Part shown: positions 1-9,445 of the stretch, one piece after another
Position numbering within the stretch: the first letter of the stretch is position 1
How the letters are laid out: the number at the start of each line of letters is the position of its first letter
Source of the DNA: an uncultured Gemmatimonadales bacterium
Lineage (GTDB): Bacteria > Gemmatimonadota > Gemmatimonadetes > Longimicrobiales > Gaopeijiaceae
Assembly: GCA_963809895.1 (NCBI GenBank)
Contig: CAWELD010000003.1
Coordinates: forward strand, 1,440,001-1,504,000
Direction: 5' to 3'
Length of the DNA stretch: 64,000 bases
Notes under the pieces: generated by a model
What the model saw: the letters and a program-made list of their open reading frames with translations, nothing else
The model's database searches: none
Told to the model about the DNA's origin: nothing
Translations under genes and position numbers: made by a program

Positions 1-583
1 CGAAGCGCGCGGGATTCCGGAGCCCCAGCACCGACTCGATCTCCTCGCGCACCCGGGGCGTGGCGGTGGCCGTCACGGCGAGGACCGGCACGCCGAGGCG
101 CTGGCCGAAGCCGGCCAGGGCCAGGTAGGACGGGCGGAAGTCGAATCCCCAGTGGACCACGCAGTGAGCCTCGTCCACCGCCAGCAGGCGCACGGGCAGA
201 CGTGGGAGCACGGCCTGGAAGGCCCGGGTCTCCAGGCGCTCGGGCGCAAGCAGCAGCACGCGGAGTCCGCCGGCGGCAGCGGTCTCCAGGGCTTGGCGCC
301 TCTGGCTCGCGGGCACTCCCTGATGGAGGGCCTCGGCGGAAATCCCGGCCCTCCGGGCCCGCTCCACCTGGTCCGCCATGAGCGAAACCAGCGGGCTCAC
401 CACCAGCGTCAGCCCGGGCCGCATGGCCGCCGGCAGCAGGTAGAGGATGCTCTTGCCGCCTCCGGTGGGCAGGATCCCGATGGCGTCCCGGCCCTGGAGG
501 ACCGCCCGGATGAGGGGCTCCTGGCCCGGACGGAAGCCGGGGTGGCCGAAATGACGGCGCAGGGCATCCCGAAGCTCGCTCAT
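1..583 (-). CDS. recQ: RecQ-family ATP-dependent DNA helicase (3' end runs off the window)
   Basis: Manual translation from ATG at 583: MSELRDALRRHFGHPGFRPGQE...ILPTGGGKS...VSPLVSLMADQV...LLAVDEAHCVVHWGFDFRPSY, matching RecQ motifs 0, I, Ia and II. An alternative in-frame ATG lies at 634. Confidence 0.9.
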   Translation of the reverse strand, partial: MSELRDALRRHFGHPGFRPGQEPLIRAVLQGRDAIGILPTGGGKSILYLLPAAMRPGLTLVVSPLVSLMADQVERARRAGISAEALHQGVPASQRRQALETAAAGGLRVLLLAPERLETRAFQAVLPRLPVRLLAVDEAHCVVHWGFDFRPSYLALAGFGQRLGVPVLAVTATATPRVREEIESVLGLRNPARF

Positions 584-677
584 GCCCCCAGCGTCGCTGC
601 GGACCCCTGGGCGCTTCCATGGGGGGATGGGCATGCGGGCGCGGCGCCCGTTCCGGCCGGCGCGCGATCCCGGAGAC

Positions 678-950
678 TCAGATCGCTGAACGACTCCCTT
701 CGTCGCCGTGGGCGGCATCGGGGAGGGCCTCGTCGTCGGGCCGGTCCTCCGAGGCCTCGTCGTCGTCTGCGTCGGCGGTGGGCAGGAAGCGGACGAGGAA
801 TCCCAGGATCAGAATCCCCAGCGCCACATTCACCAGCCAGCCCATGTCCAGATAGATCCCGGCCAGGGCGGTGAACGCCCCGGCGGAGAACAGACGCACG
901 CGCCACATCAGGTGAGCTGACTGCCGGTCCCGCCGTCGCGAGGCGAACAC
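678..950 (-). CDS. Small hypothetical membrane protein with two hydrophobic segments and an acidic tail
   Basis: 3' part of ORF 678..1007. GTG at 950 follows the hydratase stop at 959. Start uncertain. Confidence 0.55.
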   Translation of the reverse strand: MFASRRRDRQSAHLMWRVRLFSAGAFTALAGIYLDMGWLVNVALGILILGFLVRFLPTADADDDEASEDRPDDEALPDAAHGDEGSRSAI

Positions 951-958
951 GACCCGCC

Positions 959-1738
959 TCAGTCGCGGCGCGAGCGCTCTAGAAAGCGCCGCACGCCTTC
1001 GCGGCACTCGGGCGTCGTGCGCGCCTCCACGTTGACCTGGGCGCCCCGCGCGACGCCGGGTGCCACGTCCAGCCCGTCGAGCTCGTACAGCAGGTGCTTG
1101 GTGAGCCTCAGCGCCGACGCCGGAGGCCGCGCCAGCTCGTGCAGATAGCTCACCACCGCCTCCTCGAACTCGCCGGTGGTGAAGACGCGGTTCACCAGGC
1201 CCAGCGCCCGGGCTTCGGACGCCGTGACGCGGTGCCCTCGCGCCACCAGCTCGAACGCCTGACTCTCTCCCACCTTGCGACGCAGGAGCGCCATGACCAT
1301 GGCAGGCACGAATCCCAGGTGTACCTCGGGATATCCGAGCTCGGCATCCTGGCGTGCCAGCACCAGATCGCAGGCGGTGGCGAGGCCGGCCCCACCGGCC
1401 AGGGCCCGCCCGTGCACCACGGCCACCACAGGCTTGGGATGGCGCCGGAGGGCCAGGAACAGCTCACCCAGACGCATGGCGTCGTCCAGGTTCTCCTGGG
1501 GACTCAGCTCGGCGAGGCGCTCCAGCTCGGCCAGGTCGGCGCCGGAGCAGAAGTCGCTTCCCGCCCCCCGCAGCGCCACGACCTTCACCGCCTGGTCGGC
1601 CTCCGTGCGCGCCAGGGCGACCGACAGCGCCTCCACCAGCGCGCCGTTCAGCGCGTTCCGCTTGCCGGGACGGTTCAGGGTGAGCGTGGCGACGCCGCCG
1701 CTCTGCGATACGCGCAGGATGTCGTCGCCCCCGCTCAT
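959..1738 (-). CDS. Enoyl-CoA hydratase/isomerase (methylglutaconyl-CoA hydratase-like)
   Basis: LNRPGKRNAL, FCSGADL, ALAGGAGL and PEVHLG crotonase motifs. ATG at 1738 overlaps the upstream stop. Confidence 0.88.
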   Translation of the reverse strand: MSGGDDILRVSQSGGVATLTLNRPGKRNALNGALVEALSVALARTEADQAVKVVALRGAGSDFCSGADLAELERLAELSPQENLDDAMRLGELFLALRRHPKPVVAVVHGRALAGGAGLATACDLVLARQDAELGYPEVHLGFVPAMVMALLRRKVGESQAFELVARGHRVTASEARALGLVNRVFTTGEFEEAVVSYLHELARPPASALRLTKHLLYELDGLDVAPGVARGAQVNVEARTTPECREGVRRFLERSRRD

Positions 1739-2130
1739 GGCTCGGCTCCGTAGGTGGCGGGATCCCAGCCTTCGGGCACGCGCCCCCACCCCGACACGGC
1801 ACGCGCCACCTCGTCCGGGACCTCGATCTCCATGCGCAGGAGCGCGGTGCTGAAGACCTTGCCCTGGGCGTCGTTCATGAGCGAGACCGTGCCACCGCCG
1901 TCGAGGGCGCCGTGCAGGAGGAAGTTGAGCGCGTGCAGGTTGGGAAGCTCGAAGCGCTCCACCGTGCCCTGCACCCGGTCGCCGAAATGGGCCTTCACCG
2001 CGGGCACGGTGAGGGCGTCGCGGAGCAGGTCGTAGTGGGCGGGATCGTAGGCGATCACACCGACGTTGGCGGTGTCGCCCTTGTCACCGGAGCGCGCGTG
2101 GGCCAGGTGCACCAGAGGAATGCGGGTCAT
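1735..2130 (-). CDS. AtuA C-terminal-like small protein
   Basis: [18 protein letters not shown]...[14 protein letters not shown]...LDGGG...DAQGK pattern typical of the AtuA C-terminal module. Confidence 0.8.
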   Translation of the reverse strand: MTRIPLVHLAHARSGDKGDTANVGVIAYDPAHYDLLRDALTVPAVKAHFGDRVQGTVERFELPNLHALNFLLHGALDGGGTVSLMNDAQGKVFSTALLRMEIEVPDEVARAVSGWGRVPEGWDPATYGAEP

Positions 2131-3506
2131 AGCGTCGTCACCTCCACCTGCAAGGCCGGCTCCACGGCTTCGCGCCGCACCAGCGCCGGCCAGTAGGCCA
2201 TGATCTCCTGGACCCGCGGGCGGCCACCGGCGAACCCCGTCACCGACGGCGGACCCGTGAGCACCAGCGGCGCGATCTCGCGGGTGAATCGCTCCACCGC
2301 GGCCCGGTCGTGCCCGCGCACGCCGATGCGGAGCTCCACCTCGGGTAGATTCGCAGGCGGCTCACCCGCCAGGTGGCCGTGGGTCGAGTCCCAGCCCACC
2401 AGCTCGGTGCGGACGGCATCGAAGCGCATCCCCAGCCGGTCCAGCCGCTGCCGGATCACTCTCGCCGCCGCCCGGGCCTTCATGGCCGCGTCGGGCCACG
2501 CGTAGGTCAGGGTGCCCACCGCCTTCCATCCGTCGCTGTAGGCGATGCTCACCTTGAGGAAGTCGGTGGCGGCCCGCCCCTTCACGCCCACCACCCGCAC
2601 CCGATCCGGCCCGTCGTCCTCGAGCCGGATGGTGGTGAAGTCGGCGATGACGTCGGGGGTGATGTAGGTGGAGGGATCACCCATCTCGTAGACGATCTGC
2701 TCCGAGACCGTGGCCCGGGTCACCCGCCCGCCGGTGCCGGCGTGCTTGGTCACCACGAAGGATCCGTCGGGCGAGGCCTCGATGATGGGGAATCCCACCC
2801 CTGCCATGTCGGGGATCGTCCACCAGTCGGCCAGGCAGTTGCCGCCCGTGCTCTGGGCACCGCACTCGTTGATGTGCCCCGCCACCACCCCCGCCGCCAG
2901 GCGGTCGTGATCCGAGGGCGACCAGCCGAAGGCGTGCATCATGGGCGCGTAGGTGAGCGCCGTGTCGGTGGAGCGGCCGGTGACCACCACGTGTGCGCCC
3001 CCCGCCAGCGCTTCGACGATGGGCGCGGCGCCGATGTAGACGTTGGCGCTCTGGACGCGATCCCGGATGGACTCCAGCGGTTCGCCGGTCTCCATGTTGG
3101 CCAGGGCGTGCCCGTCGGTCAGGAGCTCGTCCAGACGGTCCAGGATGTCGTCGCCGATGACCCGGCCGACGCGTGCCCGCCCCGCGACACCGGAGCGTGC
3201 CGCGGCGTCGGCCAGGGCCCGGGCACAGCCCTCGGGGTTCACACCCCCTGCGTTGGTCACCACCCGCACGTTCCGGTCCACCACCGCCGGGAAGATGCGC
3301 TCCATGAGAGGGACGAAGTCCCGGGCGTAGCCCGCCTCGGGATCCCGCGCCCGTTGCTTCTGCATGATGGACATGGTCACCTCGGCGAGGTAGTCCATCA
3401 TGAGGTAGTCGATGGGACCGCCTTCCACCTGGCGAACCGGCGCCTCCTGGTCGTCTCCCCAGAAGCCCTGTCCGCTGGCGATCCGGATCACGTCTCGTTC
3501 AGCCAT
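2127..3506 (-). CDS. Acyclic terpene utilization AtuA family protein (DUF1446)
   Basis: [41 protein letters not shown] and YEMGDP...YITPDV motifs. Confidence 0.88.
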   Translation of the reverse strand: MAERDVIRIASGQGFWGDDQEAPVRQVEGGPIDYLMMDYLAEVTMSIMQKQRARDPEAGYARDFVPLMERIFPAVVDRNVRVVTNAGGVNPEGCARALADAAARSGVAGRARVGRVIGDDILDRLDELLTDGHALANMETGEPLESIRDRVQSANVYIGAAPIVEALAGGAHVVVTGRSTDTALTYAPMMHAFGWSPSDHDRLAAGVVAGHINECGAQSTGGNCLADWWTIPDMAGVGFPIIEASPDGSFVVTKHAGTGGRVTRATVSEQIVYEMGDPSTYITPDVIADFTTIRLEDDGPDRVRVVGVKGRAATDFLKVSIAYSDGWKAVGTLTYAWPDAAMKARAAARVIRQRLDRLGMRFDAVRTELVGWDSTHGHLAGEPPANLPEVELRIGVRGHDRAAVERFTREIAPLVLTGPPSVTGFAGGRPRVQEIMAYWPALVRREAVEPALQVEVTTL

Positions 3507-3543
3507 GTCTCCGCCCAGCGTTCGCGGCGAAAGTGAAGTGAGG

Positions 3544-5160
3544 TCAGGTGGTGGAGGGCGGCAACTGGAAGGCGCCCAGGTGGGGGCCGGGATTGTGGAG
3601 CGCGGCCCGGAGCAGGAGACTCAGCGCGGGCCGCACCTCTTCGGGCAGGACGACCTCGTCCACGAAGCCCCGGGCGGCGGCGAAGCGGGCGTCCAGCTGC
3701 CGGTCGTACTCCTCGCGCACATCGTCCATGCGCGTGCGGATGTCCTCGTCCGGCACCTGGCCCTCTTCGCGAAGCCGCTCGAGCTGGGCGCTGAAGAGCG
3801 CCATGACCGCGCTCTCGCCCTCCATCACGCCCATGCGGCCCGTGGGAAGGCTCAGGATGAAGTCGGGATCGAAGCCCTGTCCCGCCATGGCGTAGTAGCC
3901 GGCGCCGGAAGCGTGGTTCAGCGTCAGGACCAGCTTCGGCACGGTGGCCGTGGCCATGGCCTCCACGAACTCGGCCCCGGCGCGGATGATGCCCGAGTGC
4001 TCGGCGTCGGGCCCCACCATGAAGCCGCTCACGTCCTGCACGAAGAGCAGCGGCGTGCGATGGCGGTTCATGGTCTCGATGAAGTAGGCCACCTTGCGGG
4101 CGCTCTCCGTGTAGACGATCCCCCCGAATCGCGGCGGGCCGGGGCGGTCGTCCTTGACCATGGTGCGCCGGTTGGCGATGACGCCCACCGGCAGCCCGTC
4201 GATGAAGCCGGTGCCGCAGATCATCTCCGCGGCGTGCTCCGGCTGGAACTCGTCCAGATCCCCGGCATCGAGGAGTGTCTCGAGCACCGCGTGCATGTCG
4301 TAGGGCTGGCGGTGGTCGTCGGGCATGAGCTCGTAGAGGTCGGAGGCCGGACGCGCTGGCGCCTCCGCCTTCCGGCCCTCCAGGGGCGCGTGCTCACGGG
4401 GCAGCTCCCGTACCATCTCGCGGAGCCGGGCGAGGCAGGCTTCGTCGTCGTCCACGCGAACGTGGGCCACGCCGCTGCGGGCCGTGTGTACCCGCGCGCC
4501 GCCGAGCTCCTCGGCACCTACCGTCTGGCCCGTGGCGCCCTTCACCAGATTGGGGCCGCCGAGCCCCATGAACGACGTGCCCTCCACCATGAGGATCACG
4601 TCGGAAAGGGCCGGCAGATAGGCTCCACCCGCGATACACGGCCCCATCACTGCCGCGAGCTGCGGAATGCGCAGATAGCGGCGCATGACCGAGTTGTAGT
4701 AGAAGAGCCGCGCGGCGCCGTACTGGCCCGGGAACACGCCGCCCTGATACGGGAGGTTCACCCCGGCCGAGTCCACGAGGTAGACGATGGGGATGCGGCA
4801 GCGCATGGCGATCTCCTGCGCCCGCAGCATCTTCTTGATGGTCTCGGGCCACCAGGAGCCGGCCTTCACCGTGGCGTCGTTGGCCACCACGACCGCCTCG
4901 CGCCCCTCGATGCGCCCCACGCCGGTGACGACACCGGCCGACGGGGCCTGGCCGTCGTAGCGGTCGTGGGCCACCAGCAGTCCCACTTCCACGAAGGGCT
5001 CGTCCGGATCCAGCAGGCGCGTGAGACGCTCTCGGGCGGTGAGCTTGCCCTGGTCGTGCTGGCGCTGGATGCGCCGTTCGCCTCCTCCCTGCCGCAGCCG
5101 GTCCCGCAACTCCTTCAGCTCGGCGACCAACTGCCCCGTGCGGGACGCCGATTCGGACAT
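3544..5160 (-). CDS. Acyl-CoA carboxylase carboxyltransferase (beta) subunit, methylcrotonyl-CoA carboxylase-like
   Basis: [42 protein letters not shown] and GAGYYAM motifs. Start taken at ATG 5160. Confidence 0.88.
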   Translation of the reverse strand: MSESASRTGQLVAELKELRDRLRQGGGERRIQRQHDQGKLTARERLTRLLDPDEPFVEVGLLVAHDRYDGQAPSAGVVTGVGRIEGREAVVVANDATVKAGSWWPETIKKMLRAQEIAMRCRIPIVYLVDSAGVNLPYQGGVFPGQYGAARLFYYNSVMRRYLRIPQLAAVMGPCIAGGAYLPALSDVILMVEGTSFMGLGGPNLVKGATGQTVGAEELGGARVHTARSGVAHVRVDDDEACLARLREMVRELPREHAPLEGRKAEAPARPASDLYELMPDDHRQPYDMHAVLETLLDAGDLDEFQPEHAAEMICGTGFIDGLPVGVIANRRTMVKDDRPGPPRFGGIVYTESARKVAYFIETMNRHRTPLLFVQDVSGFMVGPDAEHSGIIRAGAEFVEAMATATVPKLVLTLNHASGAGYYAMAGQGFDPDFILSLPTGRMGVMEGESAVMALFSAQLERLREEGQVPDEDIRTRMDDVREEYDRQLDARFAAARGFVDEVVLPEEVRPALSLLLRAALHNPGPHLGAFQLPPSTT

Positions 5161-5576
5161 CAGACCCGCTCTTCCTGCCCGGCGAACCATTCCTTGATGT
5201 ACCCGATGGCCTCGGTGGTCGGCGTGCCCGGTCCGAACAGGCGGCCGATCCCCATGGCCTGCAGCGCCTCCACGTCCTCTTCCGGGATGATCCCGCCTCC
5301 GGTGAGGAGGATGTGGTCCGCGCCGGCCTCGCGAAGCATCTCCTTCACCCGCGGGAACAGCGTCATGTGGGCACCGGACAGGATGGACATGGCCACCACG
5401 TCCACGTCCTCCTGCACCGCGGCGCTCACGATCATCTCCGGCGTCTGGTGGAGGCCGGTGTAGATCACCTCGAAGCCGGCATCGCGGAACGCCGATGCGA
5501 TGACCTTGGCGCCGCGGTCGTGGCCATCCAGTCCCGGTTTGGCGACCAACACCCGGATCTTTCGTTCTTCAGCCAT
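5160..5576 (-). CDS. Acyl-CoA mutase small subunit (cobalamin-binding domain, IcmB/McmB type)
   Basis: [22 protein letters not shown] (DxHxxG), SILSGAH, GGGIIP. Real start is ATG 5576 within ORF 5160..6113. Confidence 0.92.
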   Translation of the reverse strand: MAEERKIRVLVAKPGLDGHDRGAKVIASAFRDAGFEVIYTGLHQTPEMIVSAAVQEDVDVVAMSILSGAHMTLFPRVKEMLREAGADHILLTGGGIIPEEDVEALQAMGIGRLFGPGTPTTEAIGYIKEWFAGQEERV

Positions 5577-5820
5577 CGTCGAGCCTCGCGTGGCGATGGG
5601 TGGATTTCCTCGTGGTCCTTCGGCATGACAGTCCCACAAGCTAGCGCGTCGGCCGCGCCCGTGACCACCCCAATCGATCCGCGAAAGAGGACTGCCCAGC
5701 ACGCCCGGGATGCTCTCCAAGCAGGACCTCGGAGTCCCGCACCACCGCCGCCAGCGAGAGACGGCGTGCCTGTACCGCCTCGCGCTGGGCGAACGCCGGG
5801 AACGCTGCAGAGAATTGTGG

Positions 5821-7431
5821 TCAGCCGTCCGCCACCGCCGGCCACAGCACGGACACGGTGGTTCCCTCTCCGGGAGTCGAGAGAACTTCGATGCGGCCGC
5901 CGACGCCCTCGACCACGCCGTGCACCGCCGAGAGTCCCAGCCCGCCCCGCCCCACGCCGCGCGTGGTGAAGAAGGGATCGAACACGTGCTCCTGGATCGA
6001 TGGATCCATCCCCTCGCCGTCGTCACGCACTCTGATACGGACCGCCGGTGCCGAGCCGGCATCGGCCCCGTCGACGCTGGCATCGACCATCTCGATCTCG
6101 ACGTGGCCGCCATCCGGGCAGGCCTCGCGGGCGTTGTCCACCAGGTGCACGAGCACGTCCTCGAGCTCGCCGGGGTCGGCCATGATCCAACCCTGAGCGC
6201 TCGCAGACACGTCCAGAATGCACCGGTCCGTGACCAGGCCCCGCAGCATGGGCTCCAGCCGCCGGACCTCGGCCGCGGGGGAGAGCCGCCGCCGCTCGCC
6301 GGGAAGGCGTTGCGCGAACGTCAGCAGCTGCCGGATGAGCGCAGCACCCCGGGACTCCGCTTCCAGGATGTCGCTGGCCAGCGCCTCGAGGGCCTCGCCA
6401 CCCTCGAGTTTGACCAGATCGGCCGAGCCCCGGATCACGGTGAAGAGGTTGTTGAAATCGTGGGCCATCCCCCCCGCCAGCGAACCCACGGCGGCGAGCC
6501 GCTGGCTCCGCTGCATCTGCTCGCGGAGCAGACGGTCCCGGGTCTCGGCACGAACCCGGTCCGTGACGTCGCGAAGCATGAGCTGCAGCCCGCGCACCGT
6601 GGCGGGTCCGGTAGCGGCGCGCACCGTCGCCTCCACGTGACGCAGCTCGCCGTCGGACGCTCGCACGGTCAGTTCGATGGCCGACCGGTCCGGCGCGGGC
6701 GTCGGACCCGCGGCAGCCAGACCGATGGAGTCGAGGGTGGCCCCCCGTAGCGACGCCTCCCCGCGGCCCAGGATGCGGGCCGCCGCGGGATTCAGATCCC
6801 GGACCCGGCCGGCCTCGTCCAACAGGAGGATGCCGTCGGGGGCGTTGCGTACGAGGTCTTCCGCCTGGGCGCGACTCCGCTCCGCCGACTCCGCCACCTC
6901 GCCGAAGCTCCACACGCCCAGCGCGGTCATGGCTGCGGCGCCCATGACCGCCAGGCCGAAGAAGACGAGCTGCTCGATCTCGTCCTGGCCCAGCCCGGGA
7001 TGCACTCCGTCGAACGCGGCGGCCAGGCCCGTGAGGATCAGCGACACCAGGCCGGTGGCCAGCGACGCCCGGGGTCCCAGGAACATCCCCACGGCCATGA
7101 CGAAGACCGGCGCCACCACCAATGACGGCCCCAGGATTCCGTAGGTGAAGCTCGACAGGTGGATCTCGGTGAACGAGGCGGCCAGAAAGAGAAGCGCACC
7201 CTCGCGCTCACGGTGCCTGTGAATCAGCACGAGGGCGATGACGCCCGCGAGCACCGTGATGGCCTCGGGAACGCGCGGCGCGATGACGCCCGGCTCCACC
7301 ACCGCGCTCACCACCATGCCGATGGCGTAGCCCACGGTCCCCAACCACACGCCCCAGAGCACCCAACGCCGGAACGACCCCGGCGACACGTGCTCCAGAG
7401 CCCGGATGGAAGCCAGGCTTCGCACGGTCAA
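5821..7431 (-). CDS. Membrane-bound PAS-domain sensor histidine kinase (no receiver domain)
   Basis: N-terminal transmembrane segments, PAS ([13 protein letters not shown]), H-box [14 protein letters not shown] boxes [26 protein letters not shown]. Start TTG 7431 or GTG 7425. Confidence 0.85.
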   Translation of the reverse strand: MTVRSLASIRALEHVSPGSFRRWVLWGVWLGTVGYAIGMVVSAVVEPGVIAPRVPEAITVLAGVIALVLIHRHREREGALLFLAASFTEIHLSSFTYGILGPSLVVAPVFVMAVGMFLGPRASLATGLVSLILTGLAAAFDGVHPGLGQDEIEQLVFFGLAVMGAAAMTALGVWSFGEVAESAERSRAQAEDLVRNAPDGILLLDEAGRVRDLNPAAARILGRGEASLRGATLDSIGLAAAGPTPAPDRSAIELTVRASDGELRHVEATVRAATGPATVRGLQLMLRDVTDRVRAETRDRLLREQMQRSQRLAAVGSLAGGMAHDFNNLFTVIRGSADLVKLEGGEALEALASDILEAESRGAALIRQLLTFAQRLPGERRRLSPAAEVRRLEPMLRGLVTDRCILDVSASAQGWIMADPGELEDVLVHLVDNAREACPDGGHVEIEMVDASVDGADAGSAPAVRIRVRDDGEGMDPSIQEHVFDPFFTTRGVGRGGLGLSAVHGVVEGVGGRIEVLSTPGEGTTVSVLWPAVADG

Positions 7432-7459
7432 ATCGCGACGGCCAGAGAGCGGATCCCGA

Positions 7460-9181
7460 TCAGAAGAACACGGGCTCCTTGTAGGCGCCGAAGACCGTCT
7501 CCATGGCGTGACGGATCTCGTAGAGCGTGCAGTAGGCCCGCGCGCACTCCAGGATGCGCGGCACCAGATTGTCGTCGGACCGGCAGGCTGCTTCCAGCTC
7601 GTCCAGGGCGCGAGCCACCCGCTCCTCGTCGCGCCGGCCGCGCAGATCGGCCATGCGCGCCCGCTGACGCTCTTCCACGCCGGCGTCGATGCGCAGGACG
7701 TCGATCTCCACCTTCTCGGACCCGTCGGTGAAGTCGTTGACGCCCACGATGGTGCGCCGGCCGGACTCGACCTCCTCCTGCTGCCGCATGGCGGAACCCG
7801 CGATCTGCTGCTGGAACCAGCCCTCCTCGATGCCCGGCACCACGCCACCGACCCCGGCGATCTCCTCGAAGAGCTCCTCGGCCTCGGCCTCGAGCTGATC
7901 GGTGAGCGCCTCGACGTAATGCGAGCCCGCCAGCGGATCGATGGTGTTGGGCACGCCGGTCTCGAAGGCCAGCACCTGCTGCGTGCGCAGCGCGATGCGC
8001 ACGGCCTTCTCGGTGGGCAGCGCCAGCGTCTCGTCCATGGAGTTGGTGTGCAGCGACTGGGTCCCGCCCAGCACCGCGGCCAGGGCCTGGTAGGCCACCC
8101 GCACGATGTTGTTCTCGGGCTGCTGCGCCGTGAGGGTCACACCGGCGGTCTGCGAATGAGTGCGCAGGCGCCAGGACTCGGGGTTGGTGGCGCCGTAGCG
8201 CTCGCGCATGTGCCGAGCCCAGATCCGCCGCGCGGCCCGCAGCTTGGCGATCTCTTCGAAGAAGTCGTTGTGGATGTCGAAGAAGAAGGAGAGGCGCGGC
8301 GCGAAGGCGTCCACGTCCAGGCCCCGGGCCACGGCGCGCTCCACGTACTCGAACCCGTTGGCCAGGGTGAAGGCCAGCTCCTCGGCCGCCGTGGACCCGG
8401 CCTCGCGGATGTGGTATCCCGAGATCGAGATGGGGTTGTAGCGCGGCGCGTTCCGGCTACACCAGTCGAACATGTCGACGATGCAGCGCAGGGCCGGCTC
8501 CGGCGGAAAGATCCAGGCGTGCTGCGCCTGGTATTCCTTGAGAATGTCGTTCTGGACCGTTCCCGTGAGGGCCGACGCGTCCACGCCCTGTTTCTCGGCG
8601 GCCGCCACGTAGAAGCAGAACAGGATGATGGCGGGGCCGTTGATGGTCATGGAGACCGATACCTGGTCCAGCGGGATGCCGTCGAAGAGCGTCTCCATGT
8701 CGGCCAACGACGAGATCGCGACCCCACACACCCCTACCTCGCCCAGCGAGCGGGGATGGTCGGAGTCGTAGCCCATGAGCGTGGGAAAGTCGAAGGCCAC
8801 GCTGAGGCCGGTCTGGCCGTGCCTGAGAAGGTAGTGGTAGCGCTGGTTGGTCTCTTCGGCGGTGGCGAACCCGGCGAACTGGCGCATGGTCCACAGGCGG
8901 GTCCGGTACATGGTGGTGTACGGCCCGCGGGTGAACGGGAACTCCCCGGGAAGCCCGAGACGCTCCAGGTAGGTGCCTTCGTCCTCGTCCAGGGGCGTGT
9001 ATACCGGCTTCACCTCCCGGCCGGACACCGATGTGAAGAGGGCATCCCGTTTCGGGGTCGCCCGATAGGTCGCCTCCCAGCGCTCCAGGCGGGCCCGTAG
9101 CTCTTGCAGCTCGGCTTCCTTCTCGGCCAGTGCCCGCGCCATGGCGTCCGGGCTGGTCACGTCGTGCTCCAGGATGGACAT
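7460..9181 (-). CDS. B12-dependent acyl-CoA mutase large subunit, isobutyryl-CoA mutase (IcmA)-like
   Basis: PGEFPFTRGPY, WTMRQFAGF, GLSVAFD, QNDILKEYQAQ, SISGYHIREAG, GGTQSLHTN. Phe and Gln sit at the positions of MCM Tyr89 and Arg207. Confidence 0.88.
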   Translation of the reverse strand: MSILEHDVTSPDAMARALAEKEAELQELRARLERWEATYRATPKRDALFTSVSGREVKPVYTPLDEDEGTYLERLGLPGEFPFTRGPYTTMYRTRLWTMRQFAGFATAEETNQRYHYLLRHGQTGLSVAFDFPTLMGYDSDHPRSLGEVGVCGVAISSLADMETLFDGIPLDQVSVSMTINGPAIILFCFYVAAAEKQGVDASALTGTVQNDILKEYQAQHAWIFPPEPALRCIVDMFDWCSRNAPRYNPISISGYHIREAGSTAAEELAFTLANGFEYVERAVARGLDVDAFAPRLSFFFDIHNDFFEEIAKLRAARRIWARHMRERYGATNPESWRLRTHSQTAGVTLTAQQPENNIVRVAYQALAAVLGGTQSLHTNSMDETLALPTEKAVRIALRTQQVLAFETGVPNTIDPLAGSHYVEALTDQLEAEAEELFEEIAGVGGVVPGIEEGWFQQQIAGSAMRQQEEVESGRRTIVGVNDFTDGSEKVEIDVLRIDAGVEERQRARMADLRGRRDEERVARALDELEAACRSDDNLVPRILECARAYCTLYEIRHAMETVFGAYKEPVFF

Positions 9182-9256
9182 CCCCTACCTCTCGTCTGGC
9201 AGATCGCTGAACCCGAGCCCTGCAACCCCGACGGTGGGCACGGGATCCCAATGAAC

Positions 9257-9286
9257 GAAGATGCCAGGAGGCGCGGGCGGGGGTCA
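9257..9286 (-). promoter_or_regulatory. Putative sigma70-type promoter of the mutase gene (TTGACC-N18-CATCTT)
   Basis: Minus strand reads gTTGACCcccgcccgcgcctcctggCATCTTcg, about 75 nt upstream of the ATG. Confidence 0.4.
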
Positions 9287-9445
9287 ACGCACGGAGGCTC
9301 CCACGCCCCTGTCGAAGACCCGCCGGGCGTCGTAGGGGAGTCGCCCCACGCGCGGGCGAGGAAATCCTCCCACGCCCCAGACGGGACGGTCGAGCGTACC
9401 GTATCGTGGGATGGAAGGCGTGACCGAGTCCGAGGAGGGAGGAGC

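Noticed and set aside
3412..5463. Long plus-strand ORFs antisense to real genes (also 7406..9100, 12988..14649, 18967..21102, 29202..31079, 52267..55005, 57380..59473)
   Set aside because: Shadow ORFs expected from strong GC3 bias. They have no recognisable motifs and fully overlap well-supported opposite-strand genes.
5577..5820. 244-bp gap between the kinase and the mutase small subunit as a possible sRNA or small gene
   Set aside because: No convincing ORF with start, SD and codon bias, and no recognisable RNA motif.
9182..9260. Possible cobalamin riboswitch ahead of the B12 mutase
   Set aside because: Only a weak TCTGCC resemblance to the B12 box. The conserved GGGAA and GCCACTG/ACTGT elements were not found and the leader is short.
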